Positions 53,419-61,995 of a stretch of 64,000 nt of DNA are shown here, one piece after another. Position 1 is the stretch's first letter, and each line of letters begins with the position of its first letter. The notes under the pieces are model-generated. The model saw nothing but the letters and a program-made list of their open reading frames with translations, was not told where the DNA came from and did no database searches. The stretch spans positions 256,480 to 320,479 of the IMG/VR virus record IMGVR_UViG_3300026078_000017, one strand, 5' to 3'. The translations under genes were made by a program, and so were the position numbers.

Positions 53419-53666
53419 TCCGTTTTAGCAGAAAGCTCTTCCATGGCAAGTTTTTCTTGCCAGTCATTAAATAACAAGTCACTATATGACAGACGGACAA
53501 CTTTGTTGTTTTTTAAATCCCAAGCCCTAAGGCTTGTATGTTTTATTGGACTTTCCAACAACAAATAAAGAGAAGGTATTGAATCTTTCTTTGATTCCTT
53601 GAGATCGAGACTGTAAGTCCACCCATTGTATGACACTAAGTCGCCACACTTATGAAAATGTGTCAC
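53412..53666 (-). CDS. GD-family paralog
   Basis: HKCGDLV. Confidence 0.7.
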   Translation of the reverse strand: MTHFHKCGDLVSYNGWTYSLDLKESKKDSIPSLYLLLESPIKHTSLRAWDLKNNKVVRLSYSDLLFNDWQEKLAMEELSAKTEW

Positions 53667-54025
53667 ACCTCATCCTTACGGTCGTAATATTTCCAGAAGA
53701 GGGTTGGATCCTTGAACCAAACCGTGTCAAGCTTCTTGTTGTCGTCACACTTGAGGATTTTCAGGCGAACCCTTGGTGAAGCTGTAACCGGAGAATTTTC
53801 CTCTACCTTATCCAAGGACACTTCAAGAATCGTGTAAAACCGATTCTGATCGTGCTTTGGTACAATAAGCATGCCAACGACCGGCACATTTGCTGGAATC
53901 GTATAAGGTAACGAGTTTGCCATATCCACTTTCTCTTCTTCTTCCTTTTGTTCTGCTGGTTCATTTGCTCCAATGAACCTATCAATCATTGACCTAAGCA
54001 TATTTTTCATTCTAATGTACTCCAA
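53663..54025 (-). CDS. GD-family paralog
   Basis: PVVGMLI. Confidence 0.7.
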   Translation of the reverse strand: MEYIRMKNMLRSMIDRFIGANEPAEQKEEEEKVDMANSLPYTIPANVPVVGMLIVPKHDQNRFYTILEVSLDKVEENSPVTASPRVRLKILKCDDNKKLDTVWFKDPTLFWKYYDRKDEV

Positions 54026-54249
54026 ACTTCTACACGAAAACCTTCATTTACGTACCAATAGTCAAGTTCTGACCTTAAAATTATCAGGAGATGTTGTGTA
54101 AATGATGACTTTCCAAGACGAACCACCTTGAAATAATGTGCGTACTCATGAAGTACACCATTATCAAGAGCCAAAAATAACAGGTCATTTGAATCGATAC
54201 CGATGATACCGATGATTATGTCGCCTGCTTTGGCTGGAAATGGCTTCAC
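54007..54249 (-). CDS. GD-family paralog
   Basis: AKAGDII. Confidence 0.7.
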   Translation of the reverse strand: MKPFPAKAGDIIIGIIGIDSNDLLFLALDNGVLHEYAHYFKVVRLGKSSFTQHLLIILRSELDYWYVNEGFRVEVWSTLE

Positions 54250-54253
54250 GAAG

Positions 54254-54649
54254 TTAGACTAGCACATGGAATGGCAATGTGCCATTGTAATCAGTCAAGT
54301 TTATTAGGTACTCATAGTGTGAGTGATTGCACCAAAACACAAACCGAATACAAGATTCCATTTGACGATTCTCAAGAACGACAGGCCAGTAAATGTTCAT
54401 CAACATTGCACCTTGCCCACGTTTGGCAGTGTGCCATCCTAGGATTTTACCTTGACCTGGAGAAGAGTTGCCTCCAGATTGAACTTGACACATCGTACAT
54501 GCAAAATCAAAGGCTACAGCAGTTCCACGAGGCAACTTGTCCCAATAGCCCCTAAGATTTTCCAGTTTCTTCGTGCGAGCCTTCGTTCCGTTGAATAAAT
54601 CTTCGGCTATCGACTTAGCCAAATTTACCAAAATGGAACGAACCGTCAT
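54254..54649 (-). CDS. hypothetical protein, possible GD-family
   Basis: LPRGTAV. Confidence 0.65.
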   Translation of the reverse strand: MTVRSILVNLAKSIAEDLFNGTKARTKKLENLRGYWDKLPRGTAVAFDFACTMCQVQSGGNSSPGQGKILGWHTAKRGQGAMLMNIYWPVVLENRQMESCIRFVFWCNHSHYEYLINLTDYNGTLPFHVLV

Positions 54650-54662
54650 TCCATTAAATATG

Positions 54663-54962
54663 CTATCTCTTTTGAACCAACTTCAAAAACTTGTAAACCA
54701 TGTGGTCAGGGACGGTCATGACAACGATCTGACCTTGGTCAATCATTTTGACTCCCACAAGCTCCATAAGCTTGTAGTCACCATTGCAATCGGTGTCCCA
54801 ATCAAGAGACGGGGTTCGTTTGGCGCCCATGAAAACAACTGTGCTTCCAGCCTTCAACACCCCTTTGACTCTTTTTTGACCTTGAGCTATTTCACACACG
54901 TGTTCTTGCTTGACCTTAAGCAAGTCCCCGTTACGAAAGAAGTTCAGACGTTTTTTAGGCAT
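54663..54962 (-). CDS. GD-family paralog
   Basis: FRNGDLL. Confidence 0.75.
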   Translation of the reverse strand: MPKKRLNFFRNGDLLKVKQEHVCEIAQGQKRVKGVLKAGSTVVFMGAKRTPSLDWDTDCNGDYKLMELVGVKMIDQGQIVVMTVPDHMVYKFLKLVQKR

Positions 54963-55254
54963 GTGAAACCACTAGAAAGTCATCAATGTCCGAAATGTGA
55001 CTCAACACAAAGTAACACACAACCCGATTGTTGCTCAAGTCTAAAAGTTTCATACTATGGAAGTTTGGTGGTACTTCAAGTACAGTTCCATCAAAAAACG
55101 GAACTTTTTCCCCAAGACCAATTTCTAAAACCAAGTAATTGCTGGAACTGTTAACAAACATATGGTCATAGGCGAAACCAGCAAATCGATGTTCTTGGTC
55201 CTTGTTTACCGTAACAATGTCTCCAACTTGATATTTGTCACACAAGGTCATCAA
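54955..55254 (-). CDS. GD-family paralog
   Basis: YQVGDIV. Confidence 0.75.
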   Translation of the reverse strand: MMTLCDKYQVGDIVTVNKDQEHRFAGFAYDHMFVNSSSNYLVLEIGLGEKVPFFDGTVLEVPPNFHSMKLLDLSNNRVVCYFVLSHISDIDDFLVVSHA

Positions 55255-55333
55255 CTAGTACCTTAGCATCAAAAAGAAAAGAAGGCAAGAATCCCTGCCT
55301 TCTTCTCGTTAACAAAGTTATGTGATTTTGGGT

Positions 55334-55600
55334 TCAGCGCCCAAAATGCTTGGAGAGTGTTTCGTAGAGTGCGCGTGCCTGACGTCCCGACATTTCGACC
55401 TTGACCACACGCTTGCCGCCTGTAATCGTGGTCGAAGGCAAAAGAACCTCAACACTTGAACCCTTCTTGGTTCCGTGCGACTCTACACGAACACCTGCGG
55501 CAGTCGAGTGAGTGGTGCGAACTGCAAACGTTGCCTTGTCGGCGAGTTTGTCATAAAGCTTGGACTTCGTGATATGCGACTTAGATTTAGAATTCTTCAT
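55334..55600 (-). CDS. basic phage protein
   Basis: MSGRQARALYETLSKHF; AGGAG RBS. Confidence 0.8.
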   Translation of the reverse strand: MKNSKSKSHITKSKLYDKLADKATFAVRTTHSTAAGVRVESHGTKKGSSVEVLLPSTTITGGKRVVKVEMSGRQARALYETLSKHFGR

Positions 55601-55638
55601 GTTTTCTCCTGGTGTCACTTACTAGTGATAGCTCTATC

Positions 55639-56010
55639 TTAGTCATCCTTTGGAGGATTGTTAACTTGATTCTTTCTCGACTTTCTTGTTTTGCTTTCTG
55701 ACTCTTCCACAGGAAGTTGTTCTTCGGTTGCTTCAATGCTAGAAATCATAACATTTTCAACTTGCTGGTCAGTTGGTTCAATCCCAGAAACTGCCAATAT
55801 TTGTTTTTTGGCAGAATCTATGAAAGTGTTCATATCTAGAAGCAACTTGGCTTCCTTGAGAAAATCAGGCGAAAGCTCATATGTGTCTTGATGATCCTGA
55901 CACCATGTATCAAGCTGTGCCTGTGTGGAAATCTGTTCGGACTCTAACCACTGACCTACCGAAAACCTTCTGCGTTGGAGAAGGTGACCAAAATCAACTT
56001 TGTTCGTCAT
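55639..56010 (-). CDS. hypothetical protein in sigma operon
   Basis: coupled to 55994. Confidence 0.75.
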   Translation of the reverse strand: MTNKVDFGHLLQRRRFSVGQWLESEQISTQAQLDTWCQDHQDTYELSPDFLKEAKLLLDMNTFIDSAKKQILAVSGIEPTDQQVENVMISSIEATEEQLPVEESESKTRKSRKNQVNNPPKDD

Positions 56011-56284
56011 TTTCTTGTTCCTTGTGAGCGAGATAAAGAATGTCGCTCAAATACTCGTGAATGTTTGCGTCCTTTAGGAGGCTGTCCAGGTTGAAGTCGA
56101 TGTTGTCCTTGTGCTTTCCTTGGATCTCCCCAGCAATGCCTGTAAGGAGTTTTTCCATGGCTACAATCAACTGATTTCGAGCAGTGGCGTGGTTCATACG
56201 AAATCCGTTTGCTGTCATTACCTTCGCAATGCTACGGAAATCCAAACCTTCTTCAAGGGTGATATACTTTTTCTCTTTTGACAT
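55994..56284 (-). CDS. sigma region-4-like HTH protein
   Basis: GLDFRSIAKVM...MNHATARNQL..AMEKL. Confidence 0.65.
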   Translation of the reverse strand: MSKEKKYITLEEGLDFRSIAKVMTANGFRMNHATARNQLIVAMEKLLTGIAGEIQGKHKDNIDFNLDSLLKDANIHEYLSDILYLAHKEQENDEQS

Positions 56285-56444
56285 AAAACTCCGGGTTACT
56301 GTTTTCTAACAGGGGATACGGGAACGATTTCTAGTGTAGGTTGTGGCAGATATGGTAAGGTTTTTGGTGTCTTTTGAACCTCTTGTTCGATAGACTCTAC
56401 ACCATAACCCTCAACGTCTGGTTCGTCGCCTAAAAGGTCAATGA

Positions 56445-57251
56445 CTACAATTCCTCGCTTTGTTTCGTCCATTTTTTACCCAGGTGTTTTACATCATCAT
56501 TTGTAATTACGTTAAACCTAAGTAATAATACCAGCCTTTCGCGTGGCGATAGCTCATTCAGAGCCTTTTTGACGAACTTGATCATAAGCTGTTGATCAAT
56601 CTTTTGGTCCTGATAAGGCATTGGATCTACAAGGTTTTCCTTGAGAGAGCAACCCGTGTCATCTCCAAAGATCTTCACTTCCTCATCCAAGGACTTGATG
56701 TACTTGCTGGAAATGGCGCTACCAATCGAGGCGAGCATTTTGTTAGTGATGGGATACTTGGCTGTGTCAAGCGTGGTAGAAGACGAGATAAGCTCCTGAA
56801 ACTCAGTGTTTTCGTCTTTAAGCTGCCTGAGAAGTTTGTTCTGAGCTGTTCTCACATGTGAGGGAACGTGAATCGTTGGCTCAACGTTGATAAGGTAGTT
56901 GTTTACCGCCTGACGAATCCACCAGGTTGCATAGGTCGAAAACCTGAAACCCTTGTTTGGGTCAAATCCATCAATAGCAGACAATAAACCAATATTGCCT
57001 TCCTGCAACAAGTCGTCTCTGAGTGTCTTGTGTTGAGCCTTGTTTGAGTAATACTTGTTAACAATGAACGTAACAAGCGGTTGATTCTTCAAGGCAATCC
57101 TTGACCGAAGATTTGTGTCTCTGTTGCCAAAGTACTCGAAAAACATCTTGTCGATATTTTTTGGCAAAATCTCAGCAGGGATCTCTTCTTCTACTAAAAG
57201 TGCCGGCATGTCTGCCACAACATTTTCAACTGCAATAGTGTCTGATTTCAT
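56445..57251 (-). CDS. sigma70-family RNA polymerase sigma factor lacking region 4.2
   Basis: DLLQEGNIGLLSAIDGFDPNKGFRFSTYATWWIRQA; ends soon after LSPRERLVLLLRF. Confidence 0.92.
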   Translation of the reverse strand: MKSDTIAVENVVADMPALLVEEEIPAEILPKNIDKMFFEYFGNRDTNLRSRIALKNQPLVTFIVNKYYSNKAQHKTLRDDLLQEGNIGLLSAIDGFDPNKGFRFSTYATWWIRQAVNNYLINVEPTIHVPSHVRTAQNKLLRQLKDENTEFQELISSSTTLDTAKYPITNKMLASIGSAISSKYIKSLDEEVKIFGDDTGCSLKENLVDPMPYQDQKIDQQLMIKFVKKALNELSPRERLVLLLRFNVITNDDVKHLGKKWTKQSEEL

Positions 57252-57329
57252 ATTTCCTTTACGTAAGATTCATTCTTACCTGACTCTTTTACTATGAGTG
57301 TACATTCACACTCTTTTAACTCCATTGAC

Positions 57330-57740
57330 TCACTTAGGTTTTGACAGGCGGAACTTGATATGGTCATCTAAGTTCATGAAATGAAAGCAAAAAATGTGTG
57401 CAGCTCTTTGGTAGGCGTCTGCCAGGTCCTTAGGTGTCCAACTTGAACCGAGAATACCACTCATTCTCAAATAAACGACGGACTGAATCCTCAGGAAAAA
57501 GAACTTGTAAACGATAGAATCTCCCTGCTTCTGTATTTGAAGCAAGGAGTTTTCTGACAAATTCTTCTCCAACAACAAAACCTGATCTCCGGGTTCTAGC
57601 CCAAGACCAGGTTCAAATAACTTAATTGACTTATTTGGCTCAGTAAATGAAGGCGTGACTCTTAACATGTTTGTGCTAAGGGCGCATGAAGCCACATAGA
57701 TACCACCAATTTTGGGTACTCGGTTGTTAAGAAGGAGCAT
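57330..57740 (-). CDS. GD-family paralog
   Basis: PKIGGIY / LEPGDQV. Confidence 0.7.
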   Translation of the reverse strand: MLLLNNRVPKIGGIYVASCALSTNMLRVTPSFTEPNKSIKLFEPGLGLEPGDQVLLLEKNLSENSLLQIQKQGDSIVYKFFFLRIQSVVYLRMSGILGSSWTPKDLADAYQRAAHIFCFHFMNLDDHIKFRLSKPK

Positions 57741-57794
57741 GTATCTAGGATGATAATGCTCCTGTTAGGAATGTCAACTCCTAACCTGACGATT

Positions 57795-58121
57795 TTACAC
57801 GATTTCTTTTCGGGTGATCCACTCAGCCGGAATTGGATCCATGTAGTCCACAAATCGTACGAAGTCCGGATCAGAAGGAACTACCTGTTTCCACTCGTCT
57901 GACCAAGAACCATAATCCGAGTATGGACCACCTTCGGAATAAATCCACACGTGAGCAATATAGATGCCACTTGGCAACTGGAACAGTTCATGTTTCTTTG
58001 TGCCAAAGTTGTCCACAGTGGCAACGTAGTCAATAATCAGTTTTGCCTGACTTTTGTCAAACCACCGATCGCCACCAATTTTGATGAAGTCGTCCTTTTT
58101 CACATGACGGGATTCACTCAT
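57795..58121 (-). CDS. hypothetical protein
   Basis: coupled ORF. Confidence 0.7.
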   Translation of the reverse strand: MSESRHVKKDDFIKIGGDRWFDKSQAKLIIDYVATVDNFGTKKHELFQLPSGIYIAHVWIYSEGGPYSDYGSWSDEWKQVVPSDPDFVRFVDYMDPIPAEWITRKEIV

Positions 58122-58525
58122 GGGATCATGCCTTTCGATCGAGCGTGCTGAATGATGGTAGCATGATCGAAGCACAAATTCAAGTCAGCCACGTCACAGT
58201 CAACCATTTTGACGTTCTTGGCATCATCCCCAGCCACAGGCGTGTCCGTGATGACTGCCACAAAGGCAATCGACACAACATGCCTACGAGGGTCTCTCTG
58301 TGGGTTAGAATAAACTCCAAGCAGTTGCAGAGTCTTCAAGTCCACATTAAGCTCTTCCTTCATCTCACGGCGAGCTGCATTTTCCACAGTCTCTCCAACA
58401 TCCACAAATCCGCCAGGGATTGCCCAGCCAAGCGGTGGATACTTTCGCTCAATCAAGGCAATCTTGCCACTGACCGGGTGATAGCAAATAACGTCAACTG
58501 CCAACTTGGGCGTTTCAATGTTCAT
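58118..58525 (-). CDS. NUDIX hydrolase (ADP-ribose pyrophosphatase-like)
   Basis: WAIPGGFVDVGETVENAARREMKEE, RDPR, AGDDA, FDH. Confidence 0.92.
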   Translation of the reverse strand: MNIETPKLAVDVICYHPVSGKIALIERKYPPLGWAIPGGFVDVGETVENAARREMKEELNVDLKTLQLLGVYSNPQRDPRRHVVSIAFVAVITDTPVAGDDAKNVKMVDCDVADLNLCFDHATIIQHARSKGMIP

Positions 58526-58639
58526 CTTTGTCGTTCCTTTTTTCCCATTCCATAAACTTCCGCAGAAGTAGAGTAAAAGCATTTATAATCAAGAGAGCCA
58601 AAAAGACAATGGAACAAAGAGCCACTTGAAGAGTGTTGT

Positions 58640-59512
58640 TTACTTGATCCATGTCAGCGGCTCCGAAGAGTGATAGACTTCGATCTTATCACCCATTTTA
58701 AGTTCCACCTGATTCGTCGACCCATCCCAGCAAATCAAAGACTCTCTCATCTTTGACACAAGTTCCATTTTCTGACCTGGCGTGACGAACCCACGAGCGT
58801 GTGTGTACTTGCCAGAAGGCTTATATGGCTCGCGTACTCTGTACTGAAGCTTGTTATCATGCCACATTTGGAGAGAGCCACCAGCACTTTTCATGGCAGC
58901 ACTCGACCCAAGAGGAGCACACACCCAAATGCCAGAAGACTTCTGAGCTTCTCCATTCAGAAAGTAAGAGCTTGTCGAGGCAGGATGCTTGTGACAAAAC
59001 AGAATGTCGTTTAGTACCCGTGAGGTTTGTTCCTTGCCATTGACAGAAAATGCCAGGCGTGTCACGGTTCTGTTAATCGGCCAACCAATGTGCTTTTCTT
59101 TTTCATCTGTCAGATAGCGTTCAAGCTGAACCTCAAAAGAGAACATGTCAGCCGCACACAAATATCCAACAGACCGTCCAGGATCAGAGTTGACACCAAA
59201 GACAGGAATGTCAGAACCTACAAAACTCTGTGTCCAAAGCAAGGTACCGTCACCACCCACAGAAACCACCAGGTTCTCGTCCTTGGCAACAGAAACATCC
59301 CGACGTGGATTCACCTCGGTCTTACATCCAGATTTTTCTAGAGTCTTGAGGACGGTTTCAATGGTTCGCTCATTTGCCTCATGAGAGGCAAACATGGACT
59401 GAGTCGTAATGTCACCAGAGTCCAACAAAGCCTTAATGTGTTCATTTTTACGTTCTTCAACGTAAATCTGATACATCGACTTTTTATGGACAACTCTGAC
59501 TTTCATGTTCAT
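58640..59512 (-). CDS. nadK: NAD kinase
   Basis: GGDGT, GVNSD, GYL, LND, SSG...GSSA..SAGG. Confidence 0.9.
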   Translation of the reverse strand: MNMKVRVVHKKSMYQIYVEERKNEHIKALLDSGDITTQSMFASHEANERTIETVLKTLEKSGCKTEVNPRRDVSVAKDENLVVSVGGDGTLLWTQSFVGSDIPVFGVNSDPGRSVGYLCAADMFSFEVQLERYLTDEKEKHIGWPINRTVTRLAFSVNGKEQTSRVLNDILFCHKHPASTSSYFLNGEAQKSSGIWVCAPLGSSAAMKSAGGSLQMWHDNKLQYRVREPYKPSGKYTHARGFVTPGQKMELVSKMRESLICWDGSTNQVELKMGDKIEVYHSSEPLTWIK

Positions 59513-59790
59513 TCCATGGGACGATACATCGCACCGTAGTCCAAAGTCAGAGTGTGACCATTGTTGCACACACACATGAGATCATGAATATGAGACATTT
59601 CGGTACCTCTGCGCACACAGGCACTGGCACATCCAGCTTGACGAACGTTGGAGCTACCACGTTCCATGCCATTGTTGAAGGTACTAGGACCCATAGTCAT
59701 AAGACAAATAAGTCCACCAAGAATAATGCCAGCAATAATGCCAAGAAACATCGAAGCCTTTTCGCCACCTGTCATGTCATCACTTGCCAT
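59509..59790 (-). CDS. membrane-anchored Cys mini-domain protein
   Basis: TM plus CASACVRRGTEM...CVCNNG. Confidence 0.75.
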   Translation of the reverse strand: MASDDMTGGEKASMFLGIIAGIILGGLICLMTMGPSTFNNGMERGSSNVRQAGCASACVRRGTEMSHIHDLMCVCNNGHTLTLDYGAMYRPME

Positions 59791-59791
59791 T

Positions 59792-60058
59792 TTATTCTGC
59801 CTTTACTAAAGACCCAAGTCCCATGAGAGGAAGTTGGAACCAAGAAACCATAACACAAAGTGCCAAGGCATGCAACTTCTCTTTTAGAGAAGACTGATTC
59901 CAGTCGCCCTCAGCCTGAATCTCTGTCATAACCTCGTACACATGACCAAAAGTGTAACACACTCTCAGACCAAAAAAGAACAGGTAAATAACGCCTATGA
60001 TTTCGAAGAAGAAGACCATTTGATAAACTTGTGTCCTAAATACTCTTTCTCTTGCCAC
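59792..60058 (-). CDS. two-TM membrane protein
   Basis: two hydrophobic segments. Confidence 0.65.
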   Translation of the reverse strand: MARERVFRTQVYQMVFFFEIIGVIYLFFFGLRVCYTFGHVYEVMTEIQAEGDWNQSSLKEKLHALALCVMVSWFQLPLMGLGSLVKAE

Positions 60059-60237
60059 ATGTCAAATACCAGGATTGGTAGGGTAATGGGCCAAAAGAAC
60101 GAACAGGTCAGCCAAAAGCGAAACTCATGTCGACCCCACTTACGTACATTTTGATATTGTGGCATGGTAAACATCCACAGCAGGAAAATGCACCCAAAGA
60201 AAACTTGCCAGGCCAAATAGGCCATCAATAAAAACAT
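59995..60237 (-). CDS. two-TM membrane protein
   Basis: FWL...FFWP. Confidence 0.65.
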   Translation of the reverse strand: MFLLMAYLAWQVFFGCIFLLWMFTMPQYQNVRKWGRHEFRFWLTCSFFWPITLPILVFDMWQEKEYLGHKFIKWSSSSKS

Positions 60238-60240
60238 GTG

Positions 60241-60537
60241 TCAAGAACCTTTTTGTTTTAGCTTGAGGAACAACCACTTGGCAAATCGATCCATGGCTGA
60301 CTTAAACCATTCCTTGGAAAACACAGTGGCTTCGAAAATCTGAATGCATGCAATAATGGGCCAAACAAAAAGACAAAGCCAAAAAATGCCAAGCATTTCC
60401 CGGTTGGCACTGTTGACAGTCATGTCTTTCCAGACCTCATATTTGGAATAGTTGATTTGACGCCAAAGGTCAATCAAGCCCGTAATGACAGAGCAAATCA
60501 ACCACACACAGATCAAAGCAAAAATCATCATAGTCAA
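60241..60537 (-). CDS. two-TM membrane protein
   Basis: FWL...FVWP. Confidence 0.7.
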   Translation of the reverse strand: MTMMIFALICVWLICSVITGLIDLWRQINYSKYEVWKDMTVNSANREMLGIFWLCLFVWPIIACIQIFEATVFSKEWFKSAMDRFAKWLFLKLKQKGS

Positions 60538-61049
60538 CTCTTCTTCTTATTGTAGTGCTTCACAATGAAGTCGTAAATGCCAATAGAGGCAGCATTTGCA
60601 AGGTTCATGTCATTCTGCAACCCATATTGCGGGATGCTGACGACGCTGTGAGCCCTTGCAAGGATTCGGTCAGGAATCCCCGTCTTCTCGTTTCCAAAGA
60701 CAAGGACGGGATTCTCAGGGTAGGAAAAACCCATCAGACAGTGTGAGTCCATGTCAGGACGGCGCTCGAAACAAACAAGAGGAGCATTCTCAGCAAGAAA
60801 GTCCTCTTCCGTCACATGTCGAATGTTTTCCCACTTGTGAGTGCCCATGGTTGCACGCTCATAAAATGCGGGCGTGTCAACCAGGATGATTTCCTTCACA
60901 AGGAAAATGTGAGCGCTACGAATGATTGCGCCAGTGTTGAAGTAGTTGTCAGACCCACAAATCGCCACAGAAACTGGATGACGAACTTCATTCAGTGTCG
61001 TTCGAATCTCTTGCTTGGTGAATTGCGACAAGTCGGGCGGCTTTGACAT
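60534..61049 (-). CDS. TrmH/SpoU (SPOUT) RNA methyltransferase
   Basis: NTGAIIRSA, LVFGNEKTGI, IPQYG...MNLANAASI. Confidence 0.9.
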   Translation of the reverse strand: MSKPPDLSQFTKQEIRTTLNEVRHPVSVAICGSDNYFNTGAIIRSAHIFLVKEIILVDTPAFYERATMGTHKWENIRHVTEEDFLAENAPLVCFERRPDMDSHCLMGFSYPENPVLVFGNEKTGIPDRILARAHSVVSIPQYGLQNDMNLANAASIGIYDFIVKHYNKKKS

Positions 61050-61431
61050 TTTCTACTTCTTCCAGGAACGAGAAAAGCTTTTTGTTGTAAACGCCAAATG
61101 GACCATTCAGCAAAGATTCTTTATCAACAGAACGCACAACACCTGTTTCTTTTGTCTCGTGTTTTCCAATAATAACACCTTCAAAACAGTATGTCAAGTA
61201 TTCCACGCCATCTTTGCCGCCAGGACACATGGAAACAAAACACAACTCGGGATTGATAAAGTCATATCCCGTCTCTTCCTTGACCTCACGGACAATTGCC
61301 TCAAGGGGAGTTTCCCCGGGATCAACCTTGCCACCTGGCAAGCCAAAAGCGTTTGGGTCATCCTTGCGAGACACCGCCAAGATACCACGTCCAAGATGGA
61401 CGTAAGCGCACACTGCCTTGAGAATAGTCAC
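60988..61431 (-). CDS. NUDIX hydrolase
   Basis: GLPGGKVDPGETPLEAIVREVKEETG. Confidence 0.9.
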   Translation of the reverse strand: MTILKAVCAYVHLGRGILAVSRKDDPNAFGLPGGKVDPGETPLEAIVREVKEETGYDFINPELCFVSMCPGGKDGVEYLTYCFEGVIIGKHETKETGVVRSVDKESLLNGPFGVYNKKLFSFLEEVENVKAARLVAIHQARDSNDTE

Positions 61432-61769
61432 TTGGATCGCCTTTCGAGAAAGTGTTCCCAAATTCGGTCAGTTGACAAGTCGGCTGGCGGGAACAATGGC
61501 AAGCATCGAACCTTTTGCGGTTGTTCAGACTTGACCATGAAGTCTACCAAAGCTGGACATCCCTCATGTAGGTGAATGTTAGTGATGAAAAGCCATTTCT
61601 CATCACCAATGAGATTTATCATGTCGTTGGGTTTTTTGGATTGGAAATATACCAGAGCTTCCTCACGTGAGTCAAAACACCACAAGGAATTGTTCTTGGA
61701 AAGCTGATACCACTCTCCAATTTCCGGCAACCAAGATCGAATGGCAGCTTCACTGTTCTTTGTTGACAT
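61428..61769 (-). CDS. GD-family paralog
   Basis: PEIGEWY. Confidence 0.7.
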   Translation of the reverse strand: MSTKNSEAAIRSWLPEIGEWYQLSKNNSLWCFDSREEALVYFQSKKPNDMINLIGDEKWLFITNIHLHEGCPALVDFMVKSEQPQKVRCLPLFPPADLSTDRIWEHFLERRSK

Positions 61770-61995
61770 CGGATTTTTTCTCTGCCGGCTTCTCGTGTGG
61801 ATTGTGAGACTGTTGATGGCGACGATTCAACATCGCTTCCACCACAGGTGGCAACACAGCCCCAATCAAAGTAGGAATCGCAACCAAAGCCAGTTGCTGC
61901 CAAAATGTCGGCCCACCCTCAGAACCTCTAGGAAGAAAACTCATTTCTGTTTGTGCCTCTTGATGAGTTCTAGCATGACTCGACCAATGTTGCAA
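61750..61995 (-). CDS. small membrane protein
   Basis: hydrophobic core; start probably near 61944. Confidence 0.55.
   Translation of the reverse strand: MQHWSSHARTHQEAQTEMSFLPRGSEGGPTFWQQLALVAIPTLIGAVLPPVVEAMLNRRHQQSHNPHEKPAEKKSDVNKEQ

Noticed and set aside
56285-56444. Read-through fusion of sigma with the downstream HTH
   Set aside because: It would need passing three stop codons plus a frameshift.
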